Positions 1 to 8,611 of a stretch of 64,000 bases of DNA are shown piece by piece; position 1 is the first letter of the stretch, and each line of letters opens with the position of its first letter. The notes beneath the pieces were generated by a model. That model had not been told where the DNA came from. It saw nothing but the letters and a program-made list of their open reading frames with translations, and did no database searches. The DNA lies in NCBI GenBank assembly GCA_963700285.1, contig CAVOXA010000010.1, positions 832,001 through 896,000 on the forward strand, in the 5' to 3' direction. Both the position numbers and the translations under genes were made by a program. This DNA comes from an uncultured Chloroflexia bacterium (GTDB lineage Bacteria; Chloroflexota; Anaerolineae; JAAYZQ01).

Positions 1-93
1 GAACCGCTGCCACTGCTGGTCGCGCTGGCGATCCGGCTTATTTGGACGATCTACGACATCCTACTTGGCGTGGCAGCGTGGGCGACGACCTAG
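1..93 (+). CDS. 3' end of a membrane protein (partial)
   Basis: Frame 1 reads EPLPLLVALAIRLIWTIYDILLGVAAWATT* (hydrophobic helix) and ends at TAG 91-93. Confidence 0.6.
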   Translation, partial: EPLPLLVALAIRLIWTIYDILLGVAAWATT

Positions 94-322
94 GGAGCCC
101 GGCTGGGAGTTCGCGCATCGGAATGCATTCGCCCTTCAAGCCAACCCTGGACCGGTTTGGGGCAATGAAGGCGCATTATGGCCCATGATAATGGGTCGAT
201 AACCCAAATGGGTGATGTCGGTTCGCCGGGGATCTGAGAAGGAAGTAACCGATAAGGCGCAGAGGTCGGGAGACGCAAGGGCGGAACTGTGCTGGGTGGG
301 GGACAATACCCCAAAGGTGCTA

Positions 323-352
323 TTGACAAGGGACGTCCGGGAGTGTTATAAT
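323..352 (+). promoter_or_regulatory. sigma70-type promoter
   Basis: TTGACA-N18-TATAAT upstream of the 446 ORF. Confidence 0.7.
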
Positions 353-445
353 CGTGGCAATGGTGGACAGGAGTTTGCCCTGTTCAGTCTAGAGTAAACA
401 AGCGTGCTTGGGGTACGCGCAAAAAAGAAAGGGAGGATATCCAGC

Positions 446-1786
446 ATGAAGAAGTTTAGCGTTCTCTTGATTTTGGCTCTCTTGGCAGCCTTTATTGTGG
501 CACCGGGAGCATCCGCCCAGGGTATCACCTGGACCAGTGGTTTCCAGGTGCAGAACCTTGGTAGCTCGGCGGCCAATATCGTCATCAAGTACTACAACCA
601 GGATGGCTCACAGCCGATTGCCGATGTTTCCGACTCGGTACCGGCCATGAGTTCCAAGACCTATTATCCCATCCATACGTCGGATGGCTTTAACGGGTCG
701 GTGGTTGTCGAGGGCGACCAGCCTATCGTGGCCATTGCCAACACATTGGGCAATAACCCCCAGTATGCGGCCTCGACTGAGAGCTTTTCCGCAGGGGCTA
801 CCACCATCGGCCTGCCCCTGATCATGCGCGGCAACAGTGGCTACTATACCTGGTTCAACGTCCAGAATGCCGGATCGGGAGACGCCAACGTAACGGTCCA
901 GTATATTCCTGGTAGCTCGGGCAGCGCTCACACCGAGGGACCTGTCACCATCAAGCCGGGCGCGGCACACACCTTCGACCAGCGGGGTATGGGGGCGTTG
1001 GGCGCCAAGTTTGTCGGCTCGGCGGTTGTAACCAGCAACGAGCCCATCGTCGCTACCGTTATGCAGGTTGGCGAAACCTTCAAGAACATGATGGGGTACA
1101 ATGGCTTCACTGGCGGCTCCACAGAGGTTAGCTTGCCGCTGATCATGGCCAACAACAGTGGCTTCTACACCGGCATCCAGGTCCAGAACGTGGGTACATC
1201 CGCCACAAGCATCACCATCGACTATGGCAGCAACCTGGCCGGCTCTTTTGCGCCTGCGAACGATACGGCTTCATTGGCGGCGGGCGAGTCCAAGACCTTT
1301 CTCCAGGCTGGCGGCCAGTGGACGGGCACTTATATCGGGTCTGCGACCGTCACCACAACCGGTCAGCCGGTCGTCGCCATTGTGAACCAGGTAAAGCTGA
1401 CCGGCACGGCGCTGGGCACGGCCTACAATGGCTTTGACCCCGCCAAGGCGACCAACAAGGTGAGCGCGCCTCTGATCATGGCCAACAACAGCGGGTACTA
1501 TACCGGTGTCCAGGTCATGAACGTGGGTTCCAGCGCGACAACGATCACTGTCACTTATGGGCCGAACGTCGCGGGCACTTATGCGCCACCGGCAGAGACC
1601 GCCACGTTGCAGCCGGGCGACTCTTACAATTCGATCCAGAACTCGGGTGCGTGGACCGGGAAAAAGTACGTCGGTTCGATGTCAGTTTCGGCATCTGGTG
1701 GCGGCGAGGTTGTCTTGATTGCCAACCAGATCTGGCCCGCGGCTTCAGGGGACCAGTTCATGACCTACGACGGCTTTAACTACTAG
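446..1786 (+). CDS. Secreted protein with four internal ~110-aa beta-rich repeats (candidate surface/sheath protein)
   Basis: GGAGG RBS before ATG 446; signal peptide MKKFSVLLILALLAAFIVAPGASA; repeated LPLIMxxNSGxYTxxxVQNxG...GSxxV...PIVA units. Confidence 0.85.
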   Translation: MKKFSVLLILALLAAFIVAPGASAQGITWTSGFQVQNLGSSAANIVIKYYNQDGSQPIADVSDSVPAMSSKTYYPIHTSDGFNGSVVVEGDQPIVAIANTLGNNPQYAASTESFSAGATTIGLPLIMRGNSGYYTWFNVQNAGSGDANVTVQYIPGSSGSAHTEGPVTIKPGAAHTFDQRGMGALGAKFVGSAVVTSNEPIVATVMQVGETFKNMMGYNGFTGGSTEVSLPLIMANNSGFYTGIQVQNVGTSATSITIDYGSNLAGSFAPANDTASLAAGESKTFLQAGGQWTGTYIGSATVTTTGQPVVAIVNQVKLTGTALGTAYNGFDPAKATNKVSAPLIMANNSGYYTGVQVMNVGSSATTITVTYGPNVAGTYAPPAETATLQPGDSYNSIQNSGAWTGKKYVGSMSVSASGGGEVVLIANQIWPAASGDQFMTYDGFNY

Positions 1787-1864
1787 AGACCTTGCCTCCG
1801 GCGGAGTGAGAGTGCTCGGGTATGGTATGGAGGGTACTCGTAGCCGTTGAGTAAGAAGTCATTC

Positions 1865-1897
1865 CGAAGGCCATCTGGCGGCGCCAGATGGCCTTCG
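1865..1897. terminator. Perfect 15-bp hairpin (terminator-like or stabilising)
   Basis: CGAAGGCCATCTGGC-GGC-GCCAGATGGCCTTCG downstream of the secreted-protein gene; no U-tract. Confidence 0.5.
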
Positions 1898-1961
1898 CTA
1901 TGCATAGGAATGCGTCCGCTTTGTCATGCGCGGACGTTGTGTGAAAAAGGGTGTGTTAGAG

Positions 1962-2498
1962 ATGAATCATCAATGGTTGATGCCGTTGCGCCGTCCGTAT
2001 GCCATGCTGGCAGTGGTAGTACTGTTGCTTGTACTCGTTGGATGCGGCTCAGAGATGCCGGCGACTCCAACTACCGAGGTAGTGGCGACTGTCCCGCCGG
2101 CGGATGTGTTGAAGAGCCCGCTTCTGCCTACGGCCGCGCCGGCTGCGGTCCCGGCCGATCGGACGCCGGCTCCAGGGACCGGGCTTGTGCAGGGCCTACT
2201 GCTTCTGGATGGGGAGCCTGCGGCGGAGCGTACACTCTATCTGGCGCCCCTCATCGCCAGCGGGGAGGAGATAGAGATCGCGGCATTGGACCCCGTGGAG
2301 GATGACCGGGCGGAGTCGGATGGGGCGGGAGTCTTTGTCTTTGTAGACGTAGAACCGGGCCGGTATGCGCTGGGAATCAACAGCCCCATCGGGGCGGTGT
2401 TGATCCGGGGGGACGATGGGGACGAGATCGTTGCAGAGGTAGTAGCGGGCGAACTCGTCGATCTGGATGTGGTGAGGATCGTTCCCTTCTCTGAGTGA
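1962..2498 (+). CDS. Lipoprotein with Pro/Thr linker and carboxypeptidase-regulatory-like (transthyretin-fold) domain
   Basis: Lipobox LVGC, PT-rich linker, SDGAGVFVFVDVEPGRYAL motif. Confidence 0.75.
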   Translation: MNHQWLMPLRRPYAMLAVVVLLLVLVGCGSEMPATPTTEVVATVPPADVLKSPLLPTAAPAAVPADRTPAPGTGLVQGLLLLDGEPAAERTLYLAPLIASGEEIEIAALDPVEDDRAESDGAGVFVFVDVEPGRYALGINSPIGAVLIRGDDGDEIVAEVVAGELVDLDVVRIVPFSE

Positions 2499-2568
2499 TG
2501 GGCGAGATGTGACACATAAGCCGGGGAACCGGTGCCCGCGCTGGACCAAGGAAGCTTGGTTTGCGTGC

Positions 2569-2620
2569 AAGACCCCAAGAGTACGAACCTGCGGTTCGTA
2601 CTCTTGGGGTCTTTTGTTTC
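2569..2620 (+). terminator. Intrinsic terminator
   Basis: AAGACCCCAAGAGTACGAACC-TGC-GGTTCGTACTCTTGGGGTCTT, 21-bp perfect stem followed by a T-rich tail. Confidence 0.8.
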
Positions 2621-2711
2621 CTGCTTCTGACTCTGTAGTCGTTTTGCCGATGCATCATTCCTGCCTTGCCCTATCCGGGGCGGGGCGGTTGTATCTTGAC
2701 TATTCTCTGTT

Positions 2712-2740
2712 TTGCCCCTCCTGCGGCAACATGCTATAAT
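2712..2740 (+). promoter_or_regulatory. sigma70-type promoter for the sucCD leader
   Basis: TTGCCC-N17-TATAAT with extended -10 TG. Confidence 0.6.
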
Positions 2741-2858
2741 GGCCCAAAGCTTGGGGCCAACTCATCTCGCAATGAAGCGGATCCATGGGGGCGGGGGCCT
2801 GTCGGTAGAGAGTGGGCGCGCCGACCCAGGTGGAGGAGCAGACCTCTTGAACATGATC

Positions 2859-2984
2859 AAAGAGCCAGTCGCCGCAGTGTACAGGACATATGAGATGGGC
2901 CTGTGCAGGGGCCAGGGGAACTTGGTTTGAGTCCGCACAGAGGACCAAGCAAGCTTGCTTGGCGTGACGGCATCTGGCTCTTTT
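2859..2984 (+). ncRNA. Candidate structured RNA (rod with central bubble) in the sucC leader
   Basis: AAAGAGCCAG 2859-2868 pairs with CTGGCTCTTT 2974-2983; GCCG pairs with CGGC; CTGTGC 2901-2906 pairs with GCACAG 2935-2940. Confidence 0.4.
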
Positions 2985-3017
2985 CTGTGCCCGAGTCTAT
3001 GTGATGAGGAGGGGGAA

Positions 3018-4157
3018 TTGAAACTACACGAATACCAGTCAAAGAGGATCTTTGCCCAATATGGGGTACCGATCCCGCAGGGGGACGTGGCGTCGACACC
3101 GGCGCGGGCGCGGCAAATCGCGAGCCGGTTGAGCTCTAGAGTGGTGGTCAAGTCGCAGGTGCTGGTGGGGGGTCGAGGCAAGGCGGGGGGGATCCGCCTG
3201 GCGGACGACCCGGACGAGGCGGAAGAGGTGGCCGGAAAGATCCTGGGGATGAAGATCAAGGGCCTGACGGTGAAAAAGGTCTTGATTGACGAGGCAGCGG
3301 ATATTGGGCAAGAGATCTACCTGGGCATCGTGATCGATCGGGCCAAACGACGGCCGGTGATGATGGCTTCGGCGGAGGGCGGGGTGGAGATCGAAGAGGT
3401 GGCCCGGGCGACGCCGGAGCGGATCGTGAAGGCGACAGTAGATCCTTTTCTGGGCTTGCAGCCGTACCAGGGGAGGGAGCTGGCTTTCGGGATCGGCCTA
3501 CCAAAGGAGCTGGTACGGGATTTTGTCAAAATCGCGCAGGGGCTGAGTGAGGCTTTTGTTGGCTGCGATGCTTCGTTGGCAGAGATCAACCCGCTGGTAG
3601 TGACGGGGGAGGGAGACCTGCTGGCGGTGGACGGCAAGATGCTGATCGATGACAACGCGCTGTTCCGGCACTTTGAGCTGGGAGAGATGCGCGACGCCGA
3701 CGAGGAGAGTCCGGAGGAGCAGGAGGCGCGCCGCCACGGACTGAGCTACGTGAAGCTGGATGGGGAGATCGGCTGCATGGTGAACGGGGCGGGGCTGGCA
3801 ATGGCGACGATGGATGTCACCAAGCTCTATGGTGGGGCGCCTGCCAATTTTCTGGACATCGGCGGCGGGGCGCAAGCGGACAGGGTGGCTGCCGCCCTGC
3901 GGATTATCCTGCCAGATCCGAACGTGAAGGCGGTGTTGTTCAATATCTTTGGGGGGATTACGCGCTGCGACGAGGTGGCCAAGGGGATCTTGGCGGCGCT
4001 GGAGGAGGTGCCGACCAGCGTACCAATGGTGGCCCGCTTGGTGGGTACGAACGAGGAGGAGGGTCGCCGGATCCTGGCTGATGCAAAGATGGTCACAGCT
4101 GCGACGCTGGCGGAGGCGGCTGAGAAGGCTGTACGTGCGGCGCAAGGGGAGCTGTAG
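3018..4157 (+). CDS. sucC: Succinate--CoA ligase (ADP-forming) beta subunit
   Basis: TTG start after GAGGAGG; [50 protein letters not shown] motifs. Confidence 0.97.
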   Translation: MKLHEYQSKRIFAQYGVPIPQGDVASTPARARQIASRLSSRVVVKSQVLVGGRGKAGGIRLADDPDEAEEVAGKILGMKIKGLTVKKVLIDEAADIGQEIYLGIVIDRAKRRPVMMASAEGGVEIEEVARATPERIVKATVDPFLGLQPYQGRELAFGIGLPKELVRDFVKIAQGLSEAFVGCDASLAEINPLVVTGEGDLLAVDGKMLIDDNALFRHFELGEMRDADEESPEEQEARRHGLSYVKLDGEIGCMVNGAGLAMATMDVTKLYGGAPANFLDIGGGAQADRVAAALRIILPDPNVKAVLFNIFGGITRCDEVAKGILAALEEVPTSVPMVARLVGTNEEEGRRILADAKMVTAATLAEAAEKAVRAAQGEL

Positions 4158-4159
4158 CG

Positions 4160-5026
4160 ATGAGTATTCTTGTCAACAAGGACACGAGACTGGTTGTGCA
4201 GGGCATCACGGGGCGGGAGGGAGAGTTCCACGCTCGGCAGATGGTGGACTATGGCACCAACGTGGTGGCCGGCGTGACGCCGGGCAAGGGGGGAGGCTGG
4301 GTGGCGGGCATCCCCGTGTTTGATACAGTGAGTGAGGCGGTGAACGCCACGGAGGCCAATGCTTCGATCATCTATGTGCCTGCTCGTTTTGCACCCGACG
4401 CCATTCTGGAAGCTGCGGATGCGGGCATCGAAATCGTGGTTTGCATCACCGAGGGCATTCCGGTGCTGGACATGATCCGGGTCCGGGCGCATCTCGACTG
4501 CGTGGAGACGCGCCTGATCGGGCCCAACTGCCCGGGCATCATCACACCGGGGGAGGCCAAGGTAGGCATCATGCCGGGACATATTCACATGCCGGGCCCG
4601 GTGGGCCTGGTGTCGCGCAGTGGGACGCTGACCTACGAGGTGGTGTACGCACTGACAGAGAAGGGACTGGGCCAGTCGACGGCCATTGGCATCGGCGGTG
4701 ACCCGATCATCGGCACGGACTTTATCGATGTGCTGACGTTGTTTGAGGAGGATCCGCAGACAAAACAAGTGGTGCTCATCGGCGAGATCGGTGGGACCGA
4801 CGAACAGCGGGCGGCAGAGTTTATCGCGCGGAGGATGAGCAAGCCGGTGACTGCCTTTATCGCTGGCCAGACCGCCCCTCCAGGCAAGCGGATGGGCCAC
4901 GCCGGGGCCATCATCGAGGGCGGCGAGGGCACGGCTGCGGAAAAGGTGGCGGCCTTTGAGGCAGTAGGTGTGCGGGTAGCCGAGCACCCGGCAGAGATTG
5001 CAGAACTGGTAGCCCAGCTGGGTTGA
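4160..5026 (+). CDS. sucD: Succinate--CoA ligase alpha subunit
   Basis: [32 protein letters not shown] (phospho-His). Confidence 0.97.
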   Translation: MSILVNKDTRLVVQGITGREGEFHARQMVDYGTNVVAGVTPGKGGGWVAGIPVFDTVSEAVNATEANASIIYVPARFAPDAILEAADAGIEIVVCITEGIPVLDMIRVRAHLDCVETRLIGPNCPGIITPGEAKVGIMPGHIHMPGPVGLVSRSGTLTYEVVYALTEKGLGQSTAIGIGGDPIIGTDFIDVLTLFEEDPQTKQVVLIGEIGGTDEQRAAEFIARRMSKPVTAFIAGQTAPPGKRMGHAGAIIEGGEGTAAEKVAAFEAVGVRVAEHPAEIAELVAQLG

Positions 5027-5108
5027 GGACAAGGTTGAGGATGAGCAGAATTCGCAACCTGCCCCCCAATCTTTGCCTCAATCTTCACTTTTGGCTTGTA
5101 CAGGCTTC

Positions 5109-5137
5109 TTGACAATCGCCGCGTACGTTGGTATACT
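5109..5137 (+). promoter_or_regulatory. sigma70-type promoter for the oxidoreductase/hdr cluster
   Basis: TTGACA-N17-TATACT. Confidence 0.75.
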
Positions 5138-5381
5138 GGTGGCGGGTGTCAGGCCGAGAGAGCTTGGCTGGCGCTCGCGGCGTACCCTTGAAAATGCGGT
5201 CCAGGTGGTGGGCCGGCAATCTGTGGGTATATGGGTCGGGGAAAGTCACTTCGCCTTTCAATGGTTGCTAGCTGCTGGTTCAGCGAAGAACTAGGTTCTG
5301 TCTGACGAGAGCTCTGTCGCATGGTGGCCCTTCCCGGACAGGGGTTGAGAGCTGCTTGTGGATGGTTCTCAAGGAGGGATT

Positions 5382-5765
5382 GTGACCTATTGGAGACAGC
5401 CCCTGGATCGAGACCGGATCCAGGTACCTCATGGCATCGTTCACATTATTGAGGAACGCTGCAAAGGATGCGGTTACTGCGTCGAGTTTTGCCCCCAGGA
5501 TGTCCTTGTCATGTCTGAGCGCACCAACGCCAAGGGCTATCACCCCCCAGAAGTAGCTATTCCTGATGCGCGGGCGCATCAGGTTGGATCTGCACATCCT
5601 ACTTTGTCCGTGCCTGGAAATGTGTCCTCCCATCAGAGTAGCGCCTGCATCAACTGCGGTTTGTGCGCCATGCTGTGCCCCGATTTTGCCATTTATGTGG
5701 AGGATGGGGGGATGCAGGTCCCCGACAAGATCGAGCCGATACACAGAATTGAGGTGAGGTCATGA
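5382..5765 (+). CDS. korD: 2x[4Fe-4S] ferredoxin, delta subunit of 2-oxoacid:ferredoxin oxidoreductase (with ~24-aa insertion)
   Basis: [12 protein letters not shown] and [12 protein letters not shown]; GTG after AAGGAGG; ATGA overlap with the alpha subunit. Confidence 0.85.
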   Translation: MTYWRQPLDRDRIQVPHGIVHIIEERCKGCGYCVEFCPQDVLVMSERTNAKGYHPPEVAIPDARAHQVGSAHPTLSVPGNVSSHQSSACINCGLCAMLCPDFAIYVEDGGMQVPDKIEPIHRIEVRS

Positions 5766-7042
5766 CGGACCATCCTGCGGAGACTGGGCTCGGTCAGGGA
5801 ACTTGTCCCGACAACAGCAAAGAGGCAGGAGCGCCCCAGAGTGACTTCAAGGGCGCTTTGACGGGCAAGCATTTCATGCTGGGGGATCATGCCGCGGCCG
5901 AGGGGGCTATCCTGGCCGGATGCCGCTTCTTTGCGGGTTACCCCATAACACCGGCCACCGAGATCGCCGAACGGATGTCGGTCCGGATGCCCCAGGTGGG
6001 CGGGGTCTATATCCAGATGGAGGATGAGCTGGCCTCGATGAATGCCATCCTGGGTGGCTCGTGGGCTGGCGTCAAGTCGATGACGGCTACCAGCGGCCCC
6101 GGTTTCTCGCTGATGATGGAGAACCTGGGCTTGGGCATTATGCTGGAGACACCCTGCGTGCTGGTCAACGTGCAGCGGGGCGGGCCGTCCACCGGTCTGC
6201 CTACCCTTGTGGGCCAGCAAGACATGATGCAGGCCCGGTGGGGCTCGCACGGCGACTATGAGATCATTGCTTTGGCCCCGACTTCACCCCAGGAGCTGTT
6301 CGACCTGACCATCCGAGCTTTCAACCTATCGGAAAAATACCGTACCCCCGTGTTGGTGATGACCGATGCCGAGGTGGGGCACATGACCGAAAAAGTGGTC
6401 ATTCCGCGGCTAGAGGAGATTGAACTCATCGACCGGCCCCAGGTGCGCAGGGGTGACGTAGAGCCAGATCACTTTCGTATCTTTCGGGATTCCATGCAGA
6501 GGAATCCGTCTGGGGCAGGGAATGGAGGTGGCTACGTCTCGCCCATGGCCATCGCCGGCGAGGGGTACCGCATCCACGTCACGGGCCTGACCCACGACGA
6601 GCGGGGCTATCCGGGCATGAACGCGGAGACGCAGGCGTGGAACATTGCACGGCTGATCGACAAGATCCGCGTCCATCGCCATGACATCATTCAGGTAGAA
6701 GAACAGTATCTGGAAGACGCTGAGGTGGTCGTCGTGTCCTATGGCATCTCGGCGCGCACCTCCCTGTGGCCCATCGAACTGGCGCGCCAGGAGGGCATCC
6801 GGGTGGGTTATCTCCGTCTTATCACCGTCTGGCCCTTTCCCGAGGAGCAGATCCGGAAGATTGCCAAAGGGATCCGCGCCTTTGTCGTCCCCGAGATCAA
6901 TATGGGCCAGATCGCCCGCGAGGTCGAGCGCTGCGCTGCGGGCCAGGCGCAGGTATTCGGTGCCAACCGGCCTGGTGGAGATATCCTCGAGCCTGAGCAC
7001 GTGCTAGATGTGATACGGCTGGCTGCCGGTCAGGAGGAATAG
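5762..7042 (+). CDS. korA: 2-oxoacid:ferredoxin oxidoreductase alpha subunit
   Basis: [38 protein letters not shown]. Confidence 0.92.
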   Translation: MTDHPAETGLGQGTCPDNSKEAGAPQSDFKGALTGKHFMLGDHAAAEGAILAGCRFFAGYPITPATEIAERMSVRMPQVGGVYIQMEDELASMNAILGGSWAGVKSMTATSGPGFSLMMENLGLGIMLETPCVLVNVQRGGPSTGLPTLVGQQDMMQARWGSHGDYEIIALAPTSPQELFDLTIRAFNLSEKYRTPVLVMTDAEVGHMTEKVVIPRLEEIELIDRPQVRRGDVEPDHFRIFRDSMQRNPSGAGNGGGYVSPMAIAGEGYRIHVTGLTHDERGYPGMNAETQAWNIARLIDKIRVHRHDIIQVEEQYLEDAEVVVVSYGISARTSLWPIELARQEGIRVGYLRLITVWPFPEEQIRKIAKGIRAFVVPEINMGQIAREVERCAAGQAQVFGANRPGGDILEPEHVLDVIRLAAGQEE

Positions 7043-7045
7043 CCC

Positions 7046-8611
7046 ATGCCTGTAGAAGAAATGCTACGCAGCGAGCGCTTGCATATGCTGGGCTACGAGC
7101 CCCCCGACGAGAGTGACTGGGTGACTGGACTGCATCCCATGGACGAGCTGCTGCGAGGCGAGAGGCTGCCCCACATTTGGTGCCAGGGCTGCGGCCTGGG
7201 CACGGCCTTGACCACGTTTATCAGCGCCCTGCAATGGCTGGAGGAGAACCGAGATTGGGACCTGGACAAGGTAGCCGTAGTGTCCGGTATCGGCTGTACG
7301 GGTCGCATCGCAGGCTATGTTCGCCTGGATTCTTTTCACACAACCCACGGCCGGGCTATCCCCTTTGCCACCGGTCTCAAGCTGGCAAACCCTGAATTGA
7401 AGGTTGTCGTCATTTCCGGCGATGGGGATATTGCCGGTATCGGCGGCAACCATTTCATCCACGCCGCCCGGCGGAACCTGGATATCACCGTCATCTGTGT
7501 CAACAACTTTAACTATGGCATGACCGGGGGGCAGGCAGGGCCGACCACTCCCCACGACGCTCGGGCGGTCACGACGCAGTACGGTAATTTTGAGTACCCT
7601 TTCAACCTGCCCTATTTGGCGGCAGCCAGTGGCGCTTCTTTCGTAGCTCGGTGGACTGTGCTCCACGCCAGGCGGCTGGACTGGACCCTGCGCGAGGCGA
7701 TGGAACACCCCGGCTTTAGTTTTGTGGAGGTCATTGCTCCCTGTTCCACGGCCTATGCGCGCTGGAACCCCGAGGGCAGTGGGCTCGATCCGGAGAATCT
7801 GCGCCGGCGTGGCCTGGAAGTGCTCAAGTACTACCAAAAGGTGGGCAAGATCGCCCAGGATACCCACCCCAAGGATGCGGGCGTGAAGGTGGATGAGCGG
7901 GGTCTGATTTCCGAGCTGATCGAGGGCAAGTTCTTGGACGACCCCAGGCCAGATCTCCAGGCAGCCATCGAACGTCTCTCTTCCGTCGGCGAGAAGCGAT
8001 GGGAAGGGGCCAAAAAGGCCCTGGATGACCGGCCCCAGTTGCCCACCCGGACGGAGCGAGTACCCCGGACCGAGATACAACTGGGGGGCTTTGGCGGCCA
8101 GGGCATCATCAGCGCCGGCAAGATCATCGGCCAGGCTGCCGCCATCTATGACAACCTGGAGGTCTCTTTCACCCAGAGCTATGGGCCAGAGGCCCGAGGG
8201 GGCTCGGCTGGCTCGCAGGTGGTCATTGCCTCTGACCCCATCCACCATCCGCATCTCACACAGCCAACCATTATGATCATCATTTCTCAAGGCGCCTATG
8301 CCAAGTACGCGCCCAACTTGGCGCCGGGCGGCATCCTGATCATCGATGATGGCCTGGTGGTCCTACCAAAAGATGGCTGCCAGGACATCACTGTCTATGG
8401 CCTGCCCGCCACCCAGATTGCCGAGGAACTTGGCAATAACCGGGCTGCCAATACAGTGATGCTCGGCTTTTGGACGGCCATCGTGGGTGTGGTCAGCCGC
8501 GAAGCCATGCGCCAGTCGGTAGCCGACTCGGTGCCTCCCAAGACGCTCGACGTGAACATGAAAGCCTTCGACGCAGGCTATGAGAGAGGCTTGGAGGTCA
8601 AAGTTGAGTAA
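7046..8611 (+). CDS. korB: 2-oxoacid:ferredoxin oxidoreductase fused beta-gamma subunit
   Basis: N-part WCQGCG, SGIGC, GDGD, YGMTGGQ (ThDP beta); C-part GGFGGQGII, QSYGPEARGG, NTVMLG (gamma). Confidence 0.9.
   Translation: MPVEEMLRSERLHMLGYEPPDESDWVTGLHPMDELLRGERLPHIWCQGCGLGTALTTFISALQWLEENRDWDLDKVAVVSGIGCTGRIAGYVRLDSFHTTHGRAIPFATGLKLANPELKVVVISGDGDIAGIGGNHFIHAARRNLDITVICVNNFNYGMTGGQAGPTTPHDARAVTTQYGNFEYPFNLPYLAAASGASFVARWTVLHARRLDWTLREAMEHPGFSFVEVIAPCSTAYARWNPEGSGLDPENLRRRGLEVLKYYQKVGKIAQDTHPKDAGVKVDERGLISELIEGKFLDDPRPDLQAAIERLSSVGEKRWEGAKKALDDRPQLPTRTERVPRTEIQLGGFGGQGIISAGKIIGQAAAIYDNLEVSFTQSYGPEARGGSAGSQVVIASDPIHHPHLTQPTIMIIISQGAYAKYAPNLAPGGILIIDDGLVVLPKDGCQDITVYGLPATQIAEELGNNRAANTVMLGFWTAIVGVVSREAMRQSVADSVPPKTLDVNMKAFDAGYERGLEVKVE

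Noticed and set aside
205-260. SRP RNA-like GAGAAGGAAGTAACC segment
   Set aside because: Lacks the CAGG...GNRA...AGCAG helix-8 consensus
2768-2860. T-box-like start (GCAATGAAGCGGA...AGAGA...GGTGGA)
   Set aside because: No TGGNACC antiterminator bulge downstream, and the downstream gene is not amino-acid related
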